From Octopus vulgaris (taxonomy: Eukaryota), in the NCBI GenBank assembly GCA_951406725.2, contig OX597817.1, positions 77,004,001 through 77,068,000 on the forward strand: 64,000 nt of DNA. Direction: 5' to 3'. The position numbers were made by a program, and so were the translations under genes. Position 1 is the first letter of the stretch. Every line of letters begins with the position of its first letter. Below, in pieces: positions 50,994 through 64,000 of the stretch. The notes beneath the pieces were generated by a model that saw only the letters and a list, made by a program, of their open reading frames with translations, was not told the origin of the DNA and did no database searches.

Positions 50994-53900
50994 GTATGTA
51001 TATATAACTATAAAAGAGAGTTTGTATGTGTGTGTGTGCGTATGTCCCTTCTGCATTTCAAAACTGACGTGCCGAATTTGAGGTATGAGGTATCAAAAGA
51101 TTCAGTACTATTTCGGCTACCAATTAAACTTTATTTTCAGTGACATATTTGCATTACAAAAATTTGAAATTATAACCGTTTCTATAAGTCAGCTATCGTA
51201 AACATTTTATACGATGACGACGACGATGACGTCACATTTTCTATATGAGCGTGTACTTTAAATGACATCCATCATCACGACACATTCCTCGCACACACGC
51301 ATACACACACACATACGTCCATTTCCTATACACGTACATACATCTTTCACTTTCTGCTCTCTCTCTCTCTCTCTCTCTCCCCTTCTCGCTTTCTTTTTTC
51401 TTTCAATTTCTGCTCTATCCAAAGCATAAAGAAATAGTCTGACTGAGAGAAACACAGAATAAGAAAAAGACAGAGAGACAAGAGAAAGAAAGAGAGACAG
51501 AAAACAAGTTTCTATACGAGAAGTTGAAAGTTGTGTAGCGGGTGAGAGACAGACGCTGATGTTTCATACCCTATGTATGTTCCCTAGTTGAAAGTGAAAA
51601 AAGCAAAAAAAAAAAAAGCCGACATATACAACTGGTATGCCAAATATATTTTGTGTACTTCTTTCTCTGTTCATTCAGATAAGCTGTATAAATTGTTGCG
51701 CGCAAGCATCCACAAGCACAAAATTTTTCCGGACATTTAGCTGTTATTTTTAGCATATCGAATATTCTTAATATCCATATTTTTCCAAGTAGATAGAAAA
51801 ACCATTTGGTAAAACAGTTAAAATGTTAAAATTGAGGGGAATCAAAAATTTTGAAAACGTGTTTTTTTTTTTTTTTTTTGCATATTCGGAATTTCCGTCA
51901 TGGAAAACATAGGAATCCGGTGAAAAAAAATAAAAAACAAAATCGAAAAGGTCACTTTAGGGGCAGGAGGGGTGGTATCCAACGTACAAAAGACGCAAAC
52001 CGGGAGACGGTGGATTCCATTCCACTCTTCGGCCACAGCAAGGTCCAGTTGTCGTACACAACAGATGGATCGTCCCATATACTTCTCTGTTGCTACGAGT
52101 TTTCAAGGCACACATTAACGTGGAATTTTACAATTCTGTTCACTCCATCAAGTATGTATGCAAATATATAAACAAATGGTCCTACCTGGCTGTCTTTGGC
52201 CTTTCAGATGCTGATAGGACCAATGAGGTACACCAATAGCCGTTATGTAAGCAGTAATGAAGCCGCCTGGAGACTCCTTCATTTCCCCATTCATGAGATA
52301 TACCCACAGTTGTTCACCACTCTGTTCATTTACAAAATGGCCTAAGTGTTTATTTTGATTCATTGAATCACAAAAGTGTTAGGGGACAAATATATGCGCC
52401 ACAGGCGACGACTCCCACAACATTCATTGACCTGTGTAGATGTGACGCATTTGCCGCGACCATCTTCTACCCAGACGTACCGAAGTATTACACCTGGAAT
52501 AACCATGTTAAGTAGTGGAAAAGGAGAAAGCTTAATGTAACCGTCGACGGGCATCCACACATAAAAAGAAGTATTGATCTAGGTTGAGTTTATGCGGTCC
52601 ACCACAAAAACTTCGAATGCTACTGTCTTCGGATGCTCCTCCACAAAATTCCTAGACCAACGTCATTCAAAAACCTTAAAATAGTAAACTCCTTGATTTG
52701 CGAAACATTTCGACAAGACTGCCAACTACGAGGTCTTCTTGAAGATGGTGGTTACTGGGGTTTAGCTCTTTCTGACGCAGCAACCGCATGCACAGCTTAC
52801 CAACTAAGAAGATTCTTCGCCATCATGTTGTACCATTGCGACTTACCGAATCCACTATAACTTTGGGAAAACCACAAAGACAGCCTATCTGATGACATAC
52901 TTCATGAAGCTCGATGGTTGCATGGGTCAAGTGTCTCCTACTCGGATGTTATATACACCGAAGCATTACGGCATTTAGAAGACATGCTTAACTCCATTGG
53001 GGGCAAAAGAAGGCATTCCAACACCTTCAGCTAAACATCACGGCCTTTCAAGAGAATTCATTCGATAAAGAGCATACGACTTGGATGCCCTGAAAAGGCA
53101 ACTTGATGAAAGTGAACCGTTATTGCAAGCTGAGCAAAGGTAGGTTTACAATGAAATAGTAGTGTCTACCTTGCAAGGATAAGGCCGGCTTTTCTTCATT
53201 GGTGCACCAAGAGGAATGGGGAATACTTCTGGCAAAGATAAGGAACATGGGAAACATAGCAATTGCAGTCGCATCATCAGGGATACCGGCAACTTTGTTA
53301 ATAGGATGGACCAACATCTCACTCAACGTTCAAATTATCTTTCAATTTGACTTCAACGGATGCCCAAAAGTGCAATATTTCAAAATGATCACCGACAGCG
53401 GAAGTTCTGCTCCAAACTACACTTATTGTCAGGGATGAATGCACGATGGCACACCGTGGTGCTCTAGAAGCCCTAGATAGGTCACTAAGGGATATTAGAA
53501 ACAATATTTCTCTTATAGGATGGTGGGGCTTAACTGTTGTCATCGCAGGAGACTTCCGTCAAATATTGCCAGTCATACTATGGGGTATGCGAGCTGATGA
53601 GATTTATGCGTGTCTGAAGTCTTCACCTCTGTGGAGGTTTGTTCGTCAGCTTTCATTAAGCAAGAATATGCGAGCTCATCTCTACAACGAACCCTTAGCT
53701 GAAAAACTACCTCATCAACTTCTACAAATTGGAAATGGTACCTTACCGTTGAATAACACCCTGCAACAGCATGTACTGCTATGTGGGCACATGGTGTCTA
53801 CATTGGCCGAGCTTAAAGAAAAGGTATTTCCCATATTGCAAGACAACTTCAAAAACATAGCAAGGTTCGCAGAGAGACCTATTTTAGCACCTTGGAATGA

Positions 53901-54499
53901 AAGCGTTGATAAAGTAAACCATGAACTCCTCCACATTCTACCTGGAGATGCTTCAACGTTTGCTTCCATTGATACCACCATCGGCGAACATGCCGCTGTT
54001 GAGTATCTAGTTGAATTTCTCAACTCTCTACAACCCACAGGACTGCCACCGTATAAGAAAGGTGCACCTATCGTGCTCTTGATGAATTTGGACCCATCAC
54101 GGCTATGCAACGGTACAAGATTGATTATAACTACAATGACAAGTCATGTCCTTGGAGCAACCATTATTGCCGGCTGCCATTGAGGGGCGTCGCATACATT
54201 CTACGCATGCCCCTTATTCACTCAAATGTGTCATTACAATTCAAGCACCTCCAGTTCCCAGTGCAATTGTGCTTTGCTATGACAATCAACAAACTTTAAA
54301 AATTGTGTGTCTCAATTTACAACTACCTTGCTTTTCTCATGGACAACTACATGTCGCATGCTCTCGAGTTAGCAGTGCAGATGACTTGTATATTTATTCT
54401 ACCAACACTGGACTTACGCAAAACATGGTTTACCCAGAAGCATTGTCAATTTCACTTAACATATGTTAACACCTGGCCATGCCGGGATGCATTGTTAGT
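50972..54499 (+). mobile_element. Helitron with decayed Rep-helicase
   Basis: 5' TC(TA)n head; 3' hairpin CCTGGCCATGCCGGG then TTAGT (CTAG-like). Confidence 0.88.
51980..54460 (+). pseudogene. Helitron RepHel (HUH Rep C-terminal part + Pif1-family helicase), multiply frameshifted
   Basis: WIVPY, HINVE, SIKYVCKYINK (Rep motif), RYVSSNEAAWRL, AIAVASSGIPATLL, DECTMAH, GDFRQILPV, LCNGTRL, QFPVQLCFAMTINK, FSHGQLHVACSRV. Confidence 0.92.
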
Positions 54500-54929
54500 A
54501 TATATAGGAGTGGCTGTGTAGTAAGTAGCTTGCTTACGAACCACATGGTTCCAGGTTCAATCCCACTGTGTGGCACTTTGAGCAAGTGTTTCACAATGAA
54601 GCAGCTTTCTTTCCATGTACCCTACTTTCTGCAATACGGATACCTCTACGTTCACATTCATCTTCTAATTCCAAACATCGGCAATTCTAGGTCATTTTGG
54701 GGGCAATTTTAGGATTCCATTGTAATCTGAGCTGCTATTCTACATGTTTTTAGTGACAACGATTTCAGCATTGTTCATCACAAAATGACAGAAAAAGATG
54801 TTTATAAAAAAGAGTTGTTTGCTTCATGCTCCTCGTGTGCCGATTCTACCAATAAGGAAGAAACAAATAATACAATGTGGCTGTAGGTTATAACACCTGG
54901 CCATGCCAGGATGCATTGTTAGTATATAT

Positions 54930-55329
54930 AGGAGTGGCTGTATAGTAAGTAGCTTGCTTACGAACCACATGGTTCCAGGTTCAATCCCACTGTGTGGCAC
55001 CTTGCGCAAGTGTTTTCTACTATAACCTCAGGCTGACGAAAGCCTTGTGAGTGGATTTGGTAGACGGAAACTGAAAGAAGCCCGTCGTATATATGTATGT
55101 ATGCGTATGTGTGTGTATATGTTTGTGTGTCTGTGTTTGTACCCCCAACATCGCTTGACAAACGATGCTGGTGTGTTTACGTCCCCGTAACTTAGCAGTT
55201 CGGCAAAAAAGATCGATAAAATAAGTACTAGGCTTACAAAGAATAAGTCCTGGGGTCGATTTTCTCAACTAAAGGCGGTGCTCCAACATGACCACTGTCA
55301 AATGACTGAAACGAGTAAAAGAGTAAAAG

Positions 55330-55330
<1 letters not shown>
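54930..55330 (+). mobile_element. SINE family B, full length (head duplicated at 54506-54591)
   Basis: Matches 38126-38535. Confidence 0.92.
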
Positions 55331-55385
<55 letters not shown>

Positions 55386-55555
55386 CCAAAATGGGGGAGG
55401 GGAACGGGTAAAATCCAGGTCACATATGTTTCCTAGCTAGCTTATCTGATGTAATTCGAAATGAGTGATGAAGCCGGAAGAACCGAATAAGAAGCAAATG
55501 TTTGAAGAAATAAAATGGTCAAATATTTAAGAGTGGGGAAATATATATATTGATA

Positions 55556-55850
55556 TTATTATTATTATTATTATGACTATTCTCATTATAAGTAATTTGA
55601 CTCCGGTTCGTTCTTATTCCTGGTAGAATTTATATGGGTAGCGGGTTACTTCCTGTAACCTTAGGTATCCACAAGCTTTCAATAGTCTTTCAAATGCTTA
55701 AAAACCCCCTGATAATCGCTCCTGCTCCTAAGGGGCAAACTTTTTGTAGAAGCTCTGCAGGACATTCCATTCCAAGCCCCTTCAACCATTTCTCTATATC
55801 TTTACTTACAGTTTCCAATGCCCCAATTATAACAGGTACAACCTTATCGT
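55556..55850 (-). mobile_element. Third R4/Dong-like family, short 3' end with (TAA)n tail
   Basis: KVVPVIIGALETVSKDIEKWLKGLG...LLQKVCPLGAGAIIRGFLSI* then a short UTR and (TAA)n. Confidence 0.75.
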
Positions 55851-56553
55851 TATTATCGTTACTATCTCATAATAATTCTGCTTGTCATTGTGTTACTTTG
55901 CCCGTCGGTAACGCTTTCACGTGATTAGACAAAAAGGGGGAGAAAGAAAAGAGGGAGAGAAAAATAAATAGGGAGAAGCATCCGTGATGTGAAGTAAAGG
56001 GAATGTAATTGTAGCGCTTTTATGTGATTAGTTGAAGGGAAAGAGAAGAAAAAGAAAAAGGAGAGAGAAAATAGGACAAGGCGAAGAGTGAGAAAGAAAA
56101 AGAGGGAAAGAGAAGCGTCCTTGGCGTGAGGTAGAGGAGCATAATATTTATTATGTGATTCAGAAATTTAGTTGAAGGCTGAGGAGGAGGGTTTAAAATA
56201 TAATCTTAGCAGAGGGGTGACGTTCTGATAGTGAGGTTAAAGAAACGCAGAGGGAGTGAGAGAGAGGAGAGAGAGCGCGGGGAGAAAAAGAGGGGAGGGA
56301 GATAGTCAATGAGGTTCCTCAATTTTCCCTAGAAGCCTTCCTGTATCATCCTCCCTGCCAATTATTTTTAAACCTTTGTATGCTATGTATATCTCTTCTT
56401 TTTCAGTGTTTGCTGTATATACTTATTTTCTTTCTTTTTCTCATCATTCCATTAAATTTAAACCACCACACTTTATGTCTATCTTTGTATTCTTCCCTTC
56501 ATCCTTCGCAATTGTGCCAAATAAATGAAAACATCATCATTATTATTATTAAT

Positions 56554-57129
56554 GAGTGAGAGAGCAGCACATATCATCAAAGTGACACTGGGGTAAAAAT
56601 ATACGAAGCCCAGTATACCCATCATCACATACCCATCATCACTACCCGTCTGGTTGGAGTAAACCAGGCACATGAATCACAACCATATGTTCACAGCATA
56701 CTGATCTCATATCAAGATAAACAGAGCATGACCTTGTTGGGTCGGCCCAGTTAGAATTTTCTTCAAGTCGAGTAGCCCATCCCGCCATCCCGCTCAAAAG
56801 ATCCCTGACTAAAGGTTGTTTTAGGATGTTGAACAAAAACCTGTGATTCCAGAGGTGAATTATTCAAAGCCTAAAGAATTCCTCTCAGTACATGGCTATG
56901 ATGCCCCCATCCCCGCCTCACTACTTCTGCTCGTGATCAGAGATGCATATATTGTCAGGCACCAAAGAACATACTCAACTGGTTATGGTCAAGCATCTGA
57001 CAAGCAAACTTGGTATTGAGCCGAACTTTTGCTATAGTCTTTTATACCAAGACAAAATACGTAGATGTACACTTCCAATCAGTTAAGATCAGAAAACATA
57101 GGAGCTACTGCCTGGTACTGCATCAGGGC
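56554..57129 (-). mobile_element. Family C, full-length copy
   Basis: Same ends as 29671-30224; (TAA/TGA)n on both sides. Confidence 0.9.
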
Positions 57130-57171
57130 ATTATTATTATTATTATTATTATCATCATCATCATCATAACT

Positions 57172-57725
57172 GAATGAGAGAGCAGTGCATGCCATCAAAG
57201 TGACACTGGGGTAAAATATACGAAGCCCAGTATACCCATCATGACTACGCGTCTGATAAGGGTACACCAGGCACTTGCATCACAACCATATGTGCGCGAC
57301 ATGGTGATCTTGTATCATGATAAACAGCGCATGACCTTGCAAGTAGAGCCCAGTTAGAATTTTCTTCTGGTCGAGTAACTCATCTCGCTCAAGAGGTCCT
57401 TGAATAAGGGTTGTTTAAGGATGTTGAATGAACCACCAATGTTTCCAAAGGTGAATTATCTAAACCGCTAAGAATTCATTTCAACACATGGCTATGATGC
57501 TCCCCCACTACTTCTGCTTGTGGTCAGAGATGCACATATCGTCAGCTACTAAGGGACATACTCAACTGGTTAAGGTCAAACAACTGACAAACAAATCTGT
57601 GGTATTGAGCAGAATATTTGCTGTAGCCCATCTTTTATACCAAAACAAAACAATGTACATGATAAAACCTCCAATCAGTAAAGATCAGCAGCCATGAGAG
57701 CCACTGCCTGGTACTGCATCAGGGC
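57172..57725 (-). mobile_element. Family C, full-length copy in tandem with 56554-57129
   Basis: Same ends; preceded by ~200 bp (TAA)n at 57728-57923. Confidence 0.9.
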
Positions 57726-57812
<87 letters not shown>

Positions 57813-57850
57813 CATTATTATTATTATCATTATTATCATCATCATCATCC

Positions 57851-57924
<74 letters not shown>

Positions 57925-58184
57925 TACTCTGAAGTTAATCTGGCATCTCAAGTTGTGTTTCAAATAAATGTCAAATGAATTTTCTTTTGTTCGTTGTAGA
58001 AAGATGTTCTTTTTGTTTTCTACAAAACAAGTCTTATGTTAGTACAAAAGCTGATAAAAATACGCCAAGAAAGAATAACAAATACAAAAAAATGAAATTA
58101 AAAAAAAACAAACAAATAAACATATACAGAACTAATTAATTTGTTACTAAATACTTGGAAGGCTTTCTTTATGTTCACATAGGC

Positions 58185-58445
58185 TCAGGCGTGGCCGTGT
58201 GGTTATAAGATTTGCTTTGCAGCTGCAGGATTCCAGGTTCAGTCCCTTTGTGTGATATCTTGTGCCAGTGTCTTTTAATATAGCCTTGTGGTGATTTAGC
58301 CTAAGGTTGATTATCAAGGTTTTGGACAATATATATATATATATACATACATACATATACATATATATACTAATATACATATATATATTCTGTGCTCCAG
58401 CATGGTCGCAGTTTAAAGGCTAAAATGTATAAAAAAGAATAAAAG
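58185..58445 (+). mobile_element. Degenerate SINE family B
   Basis: GGCGTGGCCGTGTGG...GGTTCAGTCCC...GTGCTCCAGCATGG. Confidence 0.65.
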
Positions 58446-58457
58446 TATATATATATA

Positions 58458-58509
<52 letters not shown>

Positions 58510-58511
<2 letters not shown>

Positions 58512-58660
58512 AGCCGTAATTGCAAAAATAATCTGGAACTCGACTCAGGAAAGAAATCTCCGAATGACCCGTCCTTGTTTTTTCTTGTCCCTTTTTTGTA
58601 TCATCTAACTGTCTGGATGTTTTACGTTCTTGTCCCATATTTTGTATTTCTTTATATATA
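58510..58660 (+). mobile_element. PLE-derived (TA)n-inserted short element
   Basis: Homologous to 40930-41135 and 63398-63562. Confidence 0.7.
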
Positions 58661-58744
58661 TACTGGGTGCGTAAGGTATTTGAGGACATAACTTTTGGGG
58701 TCATTGCCGCATTTTTTGCTAACTTTGGATAATCTTTGTTTCAG

Positions 58745-60478
58745 AAAATAATAATATTTTTCTGTATTTTCGAATTTTGATCTGGGATCTATGTAGAGCA
58801 ATCCTTTGACGGCTTCAGTGTTGTTGTCGAGCGTATTCGGTCTTTTGTTTGGAGAATTTTCATAGATTTGGGATGCCTTTTGCTCTTTATGATGGTGGCG
58901 TTTGGAGGATTAAAATCATTCTCTTGTTCTTTTTCAGAAGCGGAATGTTCTGGAGGATGGTGTCGAAGGCTTAATTGTTAAGAGGGTTGTGTGTGGAGAT
59001 GCATGGTAGGGCTATTGATTGTAAATCCTTTTTTAATTTGGGATGCCTGAGTTCGTGGATATTGAGTTGTAGGGTACATTGAAAGCATATATCAATTAGT
59101 GATAGCGGGTAGTTCCTGATAATGGATGTATCCTTTAGTTCATGTAGTTGTGTGTCCCTGGTGCTTGTATTAGAAACTATAGTACAAATCCTTTTTGATA
59201 GGTTGAAAGGGATATTCATACTACTGTGCCTGAGGTGGCATGAGTTGAATGGTAGATATTGCTTGGAGTCCGTGGACTTATAATATAATTCTGTTTCTAT
59301 TTCGTTGTTAGATTTCTTAATGAGGATGTCGAGGAAGGGAAGTTGTTGTTGGCTATATTCCATCGTGAATTGAATGTTTACGTTGTGTCCATTTATAAGA
59401 GCTTGAAATTCTTTAAGTCTCTCTATACTTTCATGCTAAAGAATGAAACAGTCATCCAGGTACCTCTTCCAGTTATTTTCTATGTTGGGGGAGAAGGGGT
59501 TGCCGTATTTTTCTAGTATCTTACGATAAAGACTGATTTCTAGGTATCCCATGACTAGGTTAGCAAAGGAGGGGGTCTATTCTCGTACTCATCGCAGTCC
59601 CCGATTTTGGTCGATAGAAGTTGTCTTTAAGACAAAGTAGTTATTCTCCAAGATGAATTTTGGCCCTTCTATTGCGAATTCTTTTCTGATGCGATGTGGG
59701 AGTTCATTGGTGTAATTCTCTGGCCAGAACTGAATTGCCTCTATTCCTAGGCTGGGGTGGGATATTAGAATAGAAGTTGGCTACATCGAAGGATACTAGT
59801 AGGGTGCTTTTGTTTATTGTTTTAATAAGGTGATTGACCATATCTTGGTCGTCCCTTATGTAGCTTTTGATATGCTTGAGGAATGGTTTTAAGAGGGTAT
59901 CTAAAAAGTTACTGAAGCGGTGGGACCTGCTGTTATAAGTCTCAGTTTGAGGTCATTAGGAGTAGGGACTTTGATTATTATGTCTGTGGCAATCCTGCTT
60001 GCGTTACTTATTTCTCACTTTTGTGTATCTTAGGAATACCGTAGAATTGACTGGATTTACTTTTGAAGTTGGTCATATAATTATGTTCCTTGTTGGTGAG
60101 CCCCTCCGTATAGGTTTAACATGGATTTTTGGCTTCTCATTATTTTCTGCTGACTGAAGTGTTGACCCTTTTTTATATGGTGTGTCTTCTAATATAGATA
60201 GTACTAGAGTTATATAGCATACCGTGTCCATTAAGACAACTGCACTCCCTTTATCAGCCTCTTTGATTGTTATTGTTTTATCATCTTTTAATTTGTTCAG
60301 CTCAGCCCATACTTTTTTTCTGAAGTTTGGCTTGTGTTTTTGTTTGTGTATATGTTGATATGGGTAATTCGTGATGTATTCACAGAAATGGTCAAGAGTT
60401 TTGTTCTTACCTTTTGAAGGGGTGTAGTTACTTCTATTCCGGACTAACGGTTCATCCTCGTTGAATTTGTCATAGGCC
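58745..60478 (-). mobile_element. Decayed Penelope-like element RT
   Basis: IKEADKGSAVVLMD (DKG), SFDVANFYSNI, GTAM, FANLVMGYLE, WKRYLDDCFI, LPFLDILI, YYKSTDSKQYLPFNSCH. Confidence 0.92.
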
Positions 60479-60720
60479 AAACCCAAAGCAGTCTACGACA
60501 AAGGATGGCTCTACATACTTCCCAAACCAAAACTCGGAAATACAAAATAGAAAAATAGCATTCAGCGAACACATCGATATTTGCGCCAAAAGCAAACAAC
60601 CCAGCTCCAGAATTTTCCCCTCTTTCAATTCAGGGACGATGCAACCTGTAATCAACGTTTTAAATAAATATTGTTTCCATGTATGCTCATTAACACAACC
60701 TGAGCAAAAATTGTGTCTGC
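60478..60720 (+). mobile_element. Inverted PLE 3' fragment (GIY-YIG C-terminal region)
   Basis: RKIAFSEHIDICAKSKQPSSRIFP; 60490-60550 resembles the reverse complement of 58755-58812. Confidence 0.55.
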
Positions 60721-61187
60721 TAATATTCTTCAATAAACAAAAATCCCATAGTTTCGACAACTTCATCTCTTTCAGAGTGTGAAGATCAGTGGAATGAAAA
60801 TATCTTATTTGGAAAACAAATGTGTGTTGGTGGCAATAAGAGTATTGTTGTGCAGAATCTTTCTCAACAAGTTTTGTGTAATCTATGCCAAAGATGATGG
60901 TGATTATGACAACGGCATTGATGATAACGATAATAGTAACAGCAATGACGATGATGTCATTGATGACAGTAAAGGCGATGTTATCAGAACTAAATTGTTG
61001 TTAACATAATTGATAGTTTGTAGTTTACATTCCACTCAATCTTGGTCGTGTCTGATAAAATCAATATATAGTCAAAAGCATTTTAGTTGTGCCCATCAAA
61101 TCTGTTTTTCTACATCAAGAATTGCACTGTGTAACATGTTCTTTGTAAGTATTTGTAGGATGGACTGGTATTTCTTATTTATTTCTA

Positions 61188-61602
61188 ATTTCTTTATTGC
61201 ACACAAGGGGCTACATACAGAGGGGCAAACAAGAATAGACAAACAGACTAAGTCGATTATATCTACCCCAGGGCGTAACTGGTACTTATTTAATCGACTC
61301 CGAAAGGATGAAAGGCAAAGTCGACCTTGGCGGAATTTGAACTCAGAACGTAGCGGCAGACGAAATACCTATCTCTTTACTACCCACAATGGGCTAAACA
61401 CAGAGGGGACAAACAAGGACAGACAAAGTGATAAAGTCGATTACATCGACCCCAGTGCGTAACTGGTGCTTATTTAATTGACCCTGAAAGGATGAAAGGC
61501 AAAGTCGACCTCGGCGGAATTTGAACTCAGAACGTAACGGCAGACGAAAAACGGCTACGCATTTCGCCCGGCGTGCTAACGTTTCTGCCATCTCACCGCC
61601 TT
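61188..61602 (-). mobile_element. SINE family A dimer
   Basis: Full head at 61600; junction at ~61369 equivalent to the trimer junctions. Confidence 0.92.
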
Positions 61603-62241
61603 TGGGCTGATATTTCTAGCCAATCAACTGACTATACAGAATCTCTTTAAATTAGTTCAAAAACTTGCAATGATTTCCAAGTATCAGAAGTGTTCAGCAA
61701 GAGATGATTCGTATTCCAAGAACGTTAAAACCACACTTTAATAAAAAAAAAATTATGTTAAAATTAGAATTTTTACGAAAGGGTAGACTTTAATAATTGC
61801 TTTCTGTTATTAAAAATAATGTACTCCAAACTAATTAATAAACAGCCTTCTTTGTTATAATATAGATAAGCACGAGGCTTAAATAAATACTTTAATTATT
61901 ATCACTGGTAAAATTTTGAGAAAATGTGAACTTCAAATCGATGTTGTTCTTTGCAGTTTTGGGAAGATATCAAACAGACATCGGATATCTTAAGTTGCTT
62001 CATCCTCATATTAACGTCCACTTTTCCATGCTTGCATGGATCGGACAGAGTTTGGACAAGTGATTTTCTTGTTGCCAAGAATAATGTCTTCGGAGGAAGA
62101 TACTATTTCTCCATGGCCAAACATGTTTCTTTGCAGAATATTACAGATGAATAATAGACACTTGTATCAATGATTGTCCTTCAGAACAATCACACAATGT
62201 CATGACAAGGAAACATAACCATTCACGCACGCATATGTATA

Positions 62242-62763
62242 CCGTAAATCCTCGAGTATAGTCCGCCCTTGAGTATAATACGCAGGGGATTTTTAAGGGG
62301 CTGTACCTCAGAAAAACCTAAACCTTGTGTATAATACGCACTCCTTCTCTAACTTGAGACAAGGAGGTCTATATAACGTCCTTGGTTTGTAAAACTGTAT
62401 ACGGTAACGTCCTTTATTATTATTGTATATATAACATAATGCAAACGTGTAGCTTTTTTGTGCATTTTGTTTGCAGAAAATAAAGAAATAACAGTAATAA
62501 CAGTAATAACGTTTAATGAATGTTGCTTACTGCAAGTTATGGAGGATCCTTTTATGACTTCATTGCTTTCAGGTTTAGCTTAAGGTATTTTCGCACCCGA
62601 CATCACAAAATGCGTCTGAATAAACATTGCCGGACAGCAAATAGAGACTCGGACAATACTTAGAAAATAACTTTCATTTTTAACCTCGCATATAGTACGC
62701 ATTAGGGATTTTGACCTTTAAATTTTGGGAAAAAAACTGCGGATTATACTCGAGGATTTACGG
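62242..62763. mobile_element. MITE (Tc1/mariner-pogo type), 25-bp TIRs, TA TSD
   Basis: TA|CCGTAAATCCTCGAGTATAGTCCGC ... GCGGATTATACTCGAGGATTTACGG|TA (1 mismatch); subterminal GTATAATACGC repeats. Confidence 0.92.
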
Positions 62764-63049
62764 TATATTAATGTTTGTTTTTACGTCACATTATATATGA
62801 TGTCCAGTAAGTTCAACGTCGTCAATTCAAGCACGATTTTGAATAATGTACATTTGAACTTTGCATTGATGTTTTAAAGAAGTATGAATTTAAAATTAAG
62901 CTAATTTCTCTTCATATTTAGTACATACTATGTTTTAACCCAAAAGTTAAAATCTCTGATTGCACGTTTTGATCTCCATTACTTTGGGGGTTTTTTTGTT
63001 GGTTTTTTTTTCTCAATAAAATACTTTTTAACAATTAATAGTGAGATAC

Positions 63050-63340
63050 AATGGATATGTTTTCCTGCTAAATTTTCCTCGCTGTGAACTTGCCTCGTGG
63101 TGAACTTTCTTCATCAATTTACCGCAGGAAAAGTTCTCCGCCATCAATTCACCGGGTTTTTTTTTGGGGGGGGGCGTTTTGTTTTTCAATGAAATAGTTC
63201 TTTTAACCATTAACGTTGAGGTGATATACTATGGATATATCTTCTCGGTAAACTTTCCTTGAATTGAACTTGCCTCATGGTGAACTGGTGGCGGTGAACT
63301 TTACTGCGATGAATTGATGGCGGTGAGCTTACCTGTAATC
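63050..63340. repeat. Fragment with ~15-bp GGTGAACTT subrepeats (probable DNA-transposon subterminal array)
   Basis: (G/C)GGTGAACTT(T/G) repeats in two blocks, with an inverted unit at 63127-63155. Confidence 0.45.
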
Positions 63341-63352
63341 CTTTTATATATA

Positions 63353-63397
<45 letters not shown>

Positions 63398-63398
<1 letters not shown>

Positions 63399-63558
63399 TA
63401 TAATTAGCCAAAATTGCGAGGATAATCTGGTGCTTGACTGAGGAAAGAAAACTTCCAATGACACGTCCTCGTTTTCTTTGCATCGTCTATCTGGATGTTT
63501 TGTTGTCCCATTTTTGTATCACCTAGCTGTCTGGATGTTTTGCGTTCTTGTCCCATTT

Positions 63559-63562
<4 letters not shown>
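63398..63562 (+). mobile_element. PLE-derived (TA)n-inserted short element
   Basis: (TA)n on both sides; GACTGAGGAAAGAAAACTTCCAATGACACGTC. Confidence 0.7.
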
Positions 63563-63604
<42 letters not shown>

Positions 63605-63789
63605 TAACATAAAACTGAAGGATTAATCAATACCTTTTAGTCAAATGCATATCAATTAAACTTTTACAAGAAGGTTGACACTGACTGTGAAGTTTCAGCA
63701 TGATTGCTCTCCTCGGACTGATGATCTGTACAAGTCAATCTTTTTAAGTTGCTGTCAATCTTTACCTCGTAAAAGTTTAATACATAAGT

Positions 63790-63962
63790 GCTGTGACGTA
63801 AGAAGTTTGTTTTCCAACTATATGGTTCCGGGGTCAGGCCTACTATGTGGCACCTTGGGCAAGTGTCTTCTACTATAGCCTCAGGTCGACCAAGGCCTTG
63901 TGGGTGGATTTGGTTGATAGAAACTGAAAGAAGCCCTTCGTATTTATATATATATATACATG

Positions 63963-63997
<35 letters not shown>

Positions 63998-64000
63998 GTG
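63790..64000 (+). mobile_element. SINE family B, 5' half (runs off the window)
   Basis: GTGGCACCTTGGGCAAGTGTCTTCTACTATAGCC. Confidence 0.9.

Noticed and set aside
53446-54183. 245-aa Pif1-like helicase ORF as a host PIF1 gene
   Set aside because: Intronless, frameshifted on both sides, preceded by Rep motifs and bounded by Helitron termini.
55935-56180. Imperfect ~150-bp purine-rich duplication
   Set aside because: Low-complexity local duplication with no further structure.

Overview
AT-rich, microsatellite-saturated animal genomic DNA. The SINE families and (TA)n/(CA)n/(GATA)n/(TAA)n load strongly suggest an octopus (inference, not database-checked). I find no intact, recognisable host gene, only a few weak candidate exons and one candidate promoter/first exon. 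Almost all non-microsatellite sequence is decayed transposable elements: mariner and other TIR elements, Helitrons (one with a broken Rep-helicase), Tx1/L1-like, R4/Dong, RTE and Penelope-like (PLE) retroelements, a tiny LTR remnant, three tRNA-SINE families, and a ~555-bp fixed-length element always embedded in (TAA)n. Most ORF-track entries are translated microsatellites. The most notable signals are: (i) about 12 hammerhead-ribozyme-like motifs in short PLE-derived elements, mostly within or near (TA)n tracts; (ii) a SINE whose 3' tail matches a (CTAT)n-associated Tx1-like LINE in the same window and which forms precise dimers and trimers; (iii) a non-coding (TAA)n-targeted retroposon that co-occurs with Dong elements; (iv) a highly structured RTE-like RNA element with an HDV-like pseudoknot topology; (v) short insertions flanked by 50-125 bp duplications, one copied from a locus about 3 kb away.
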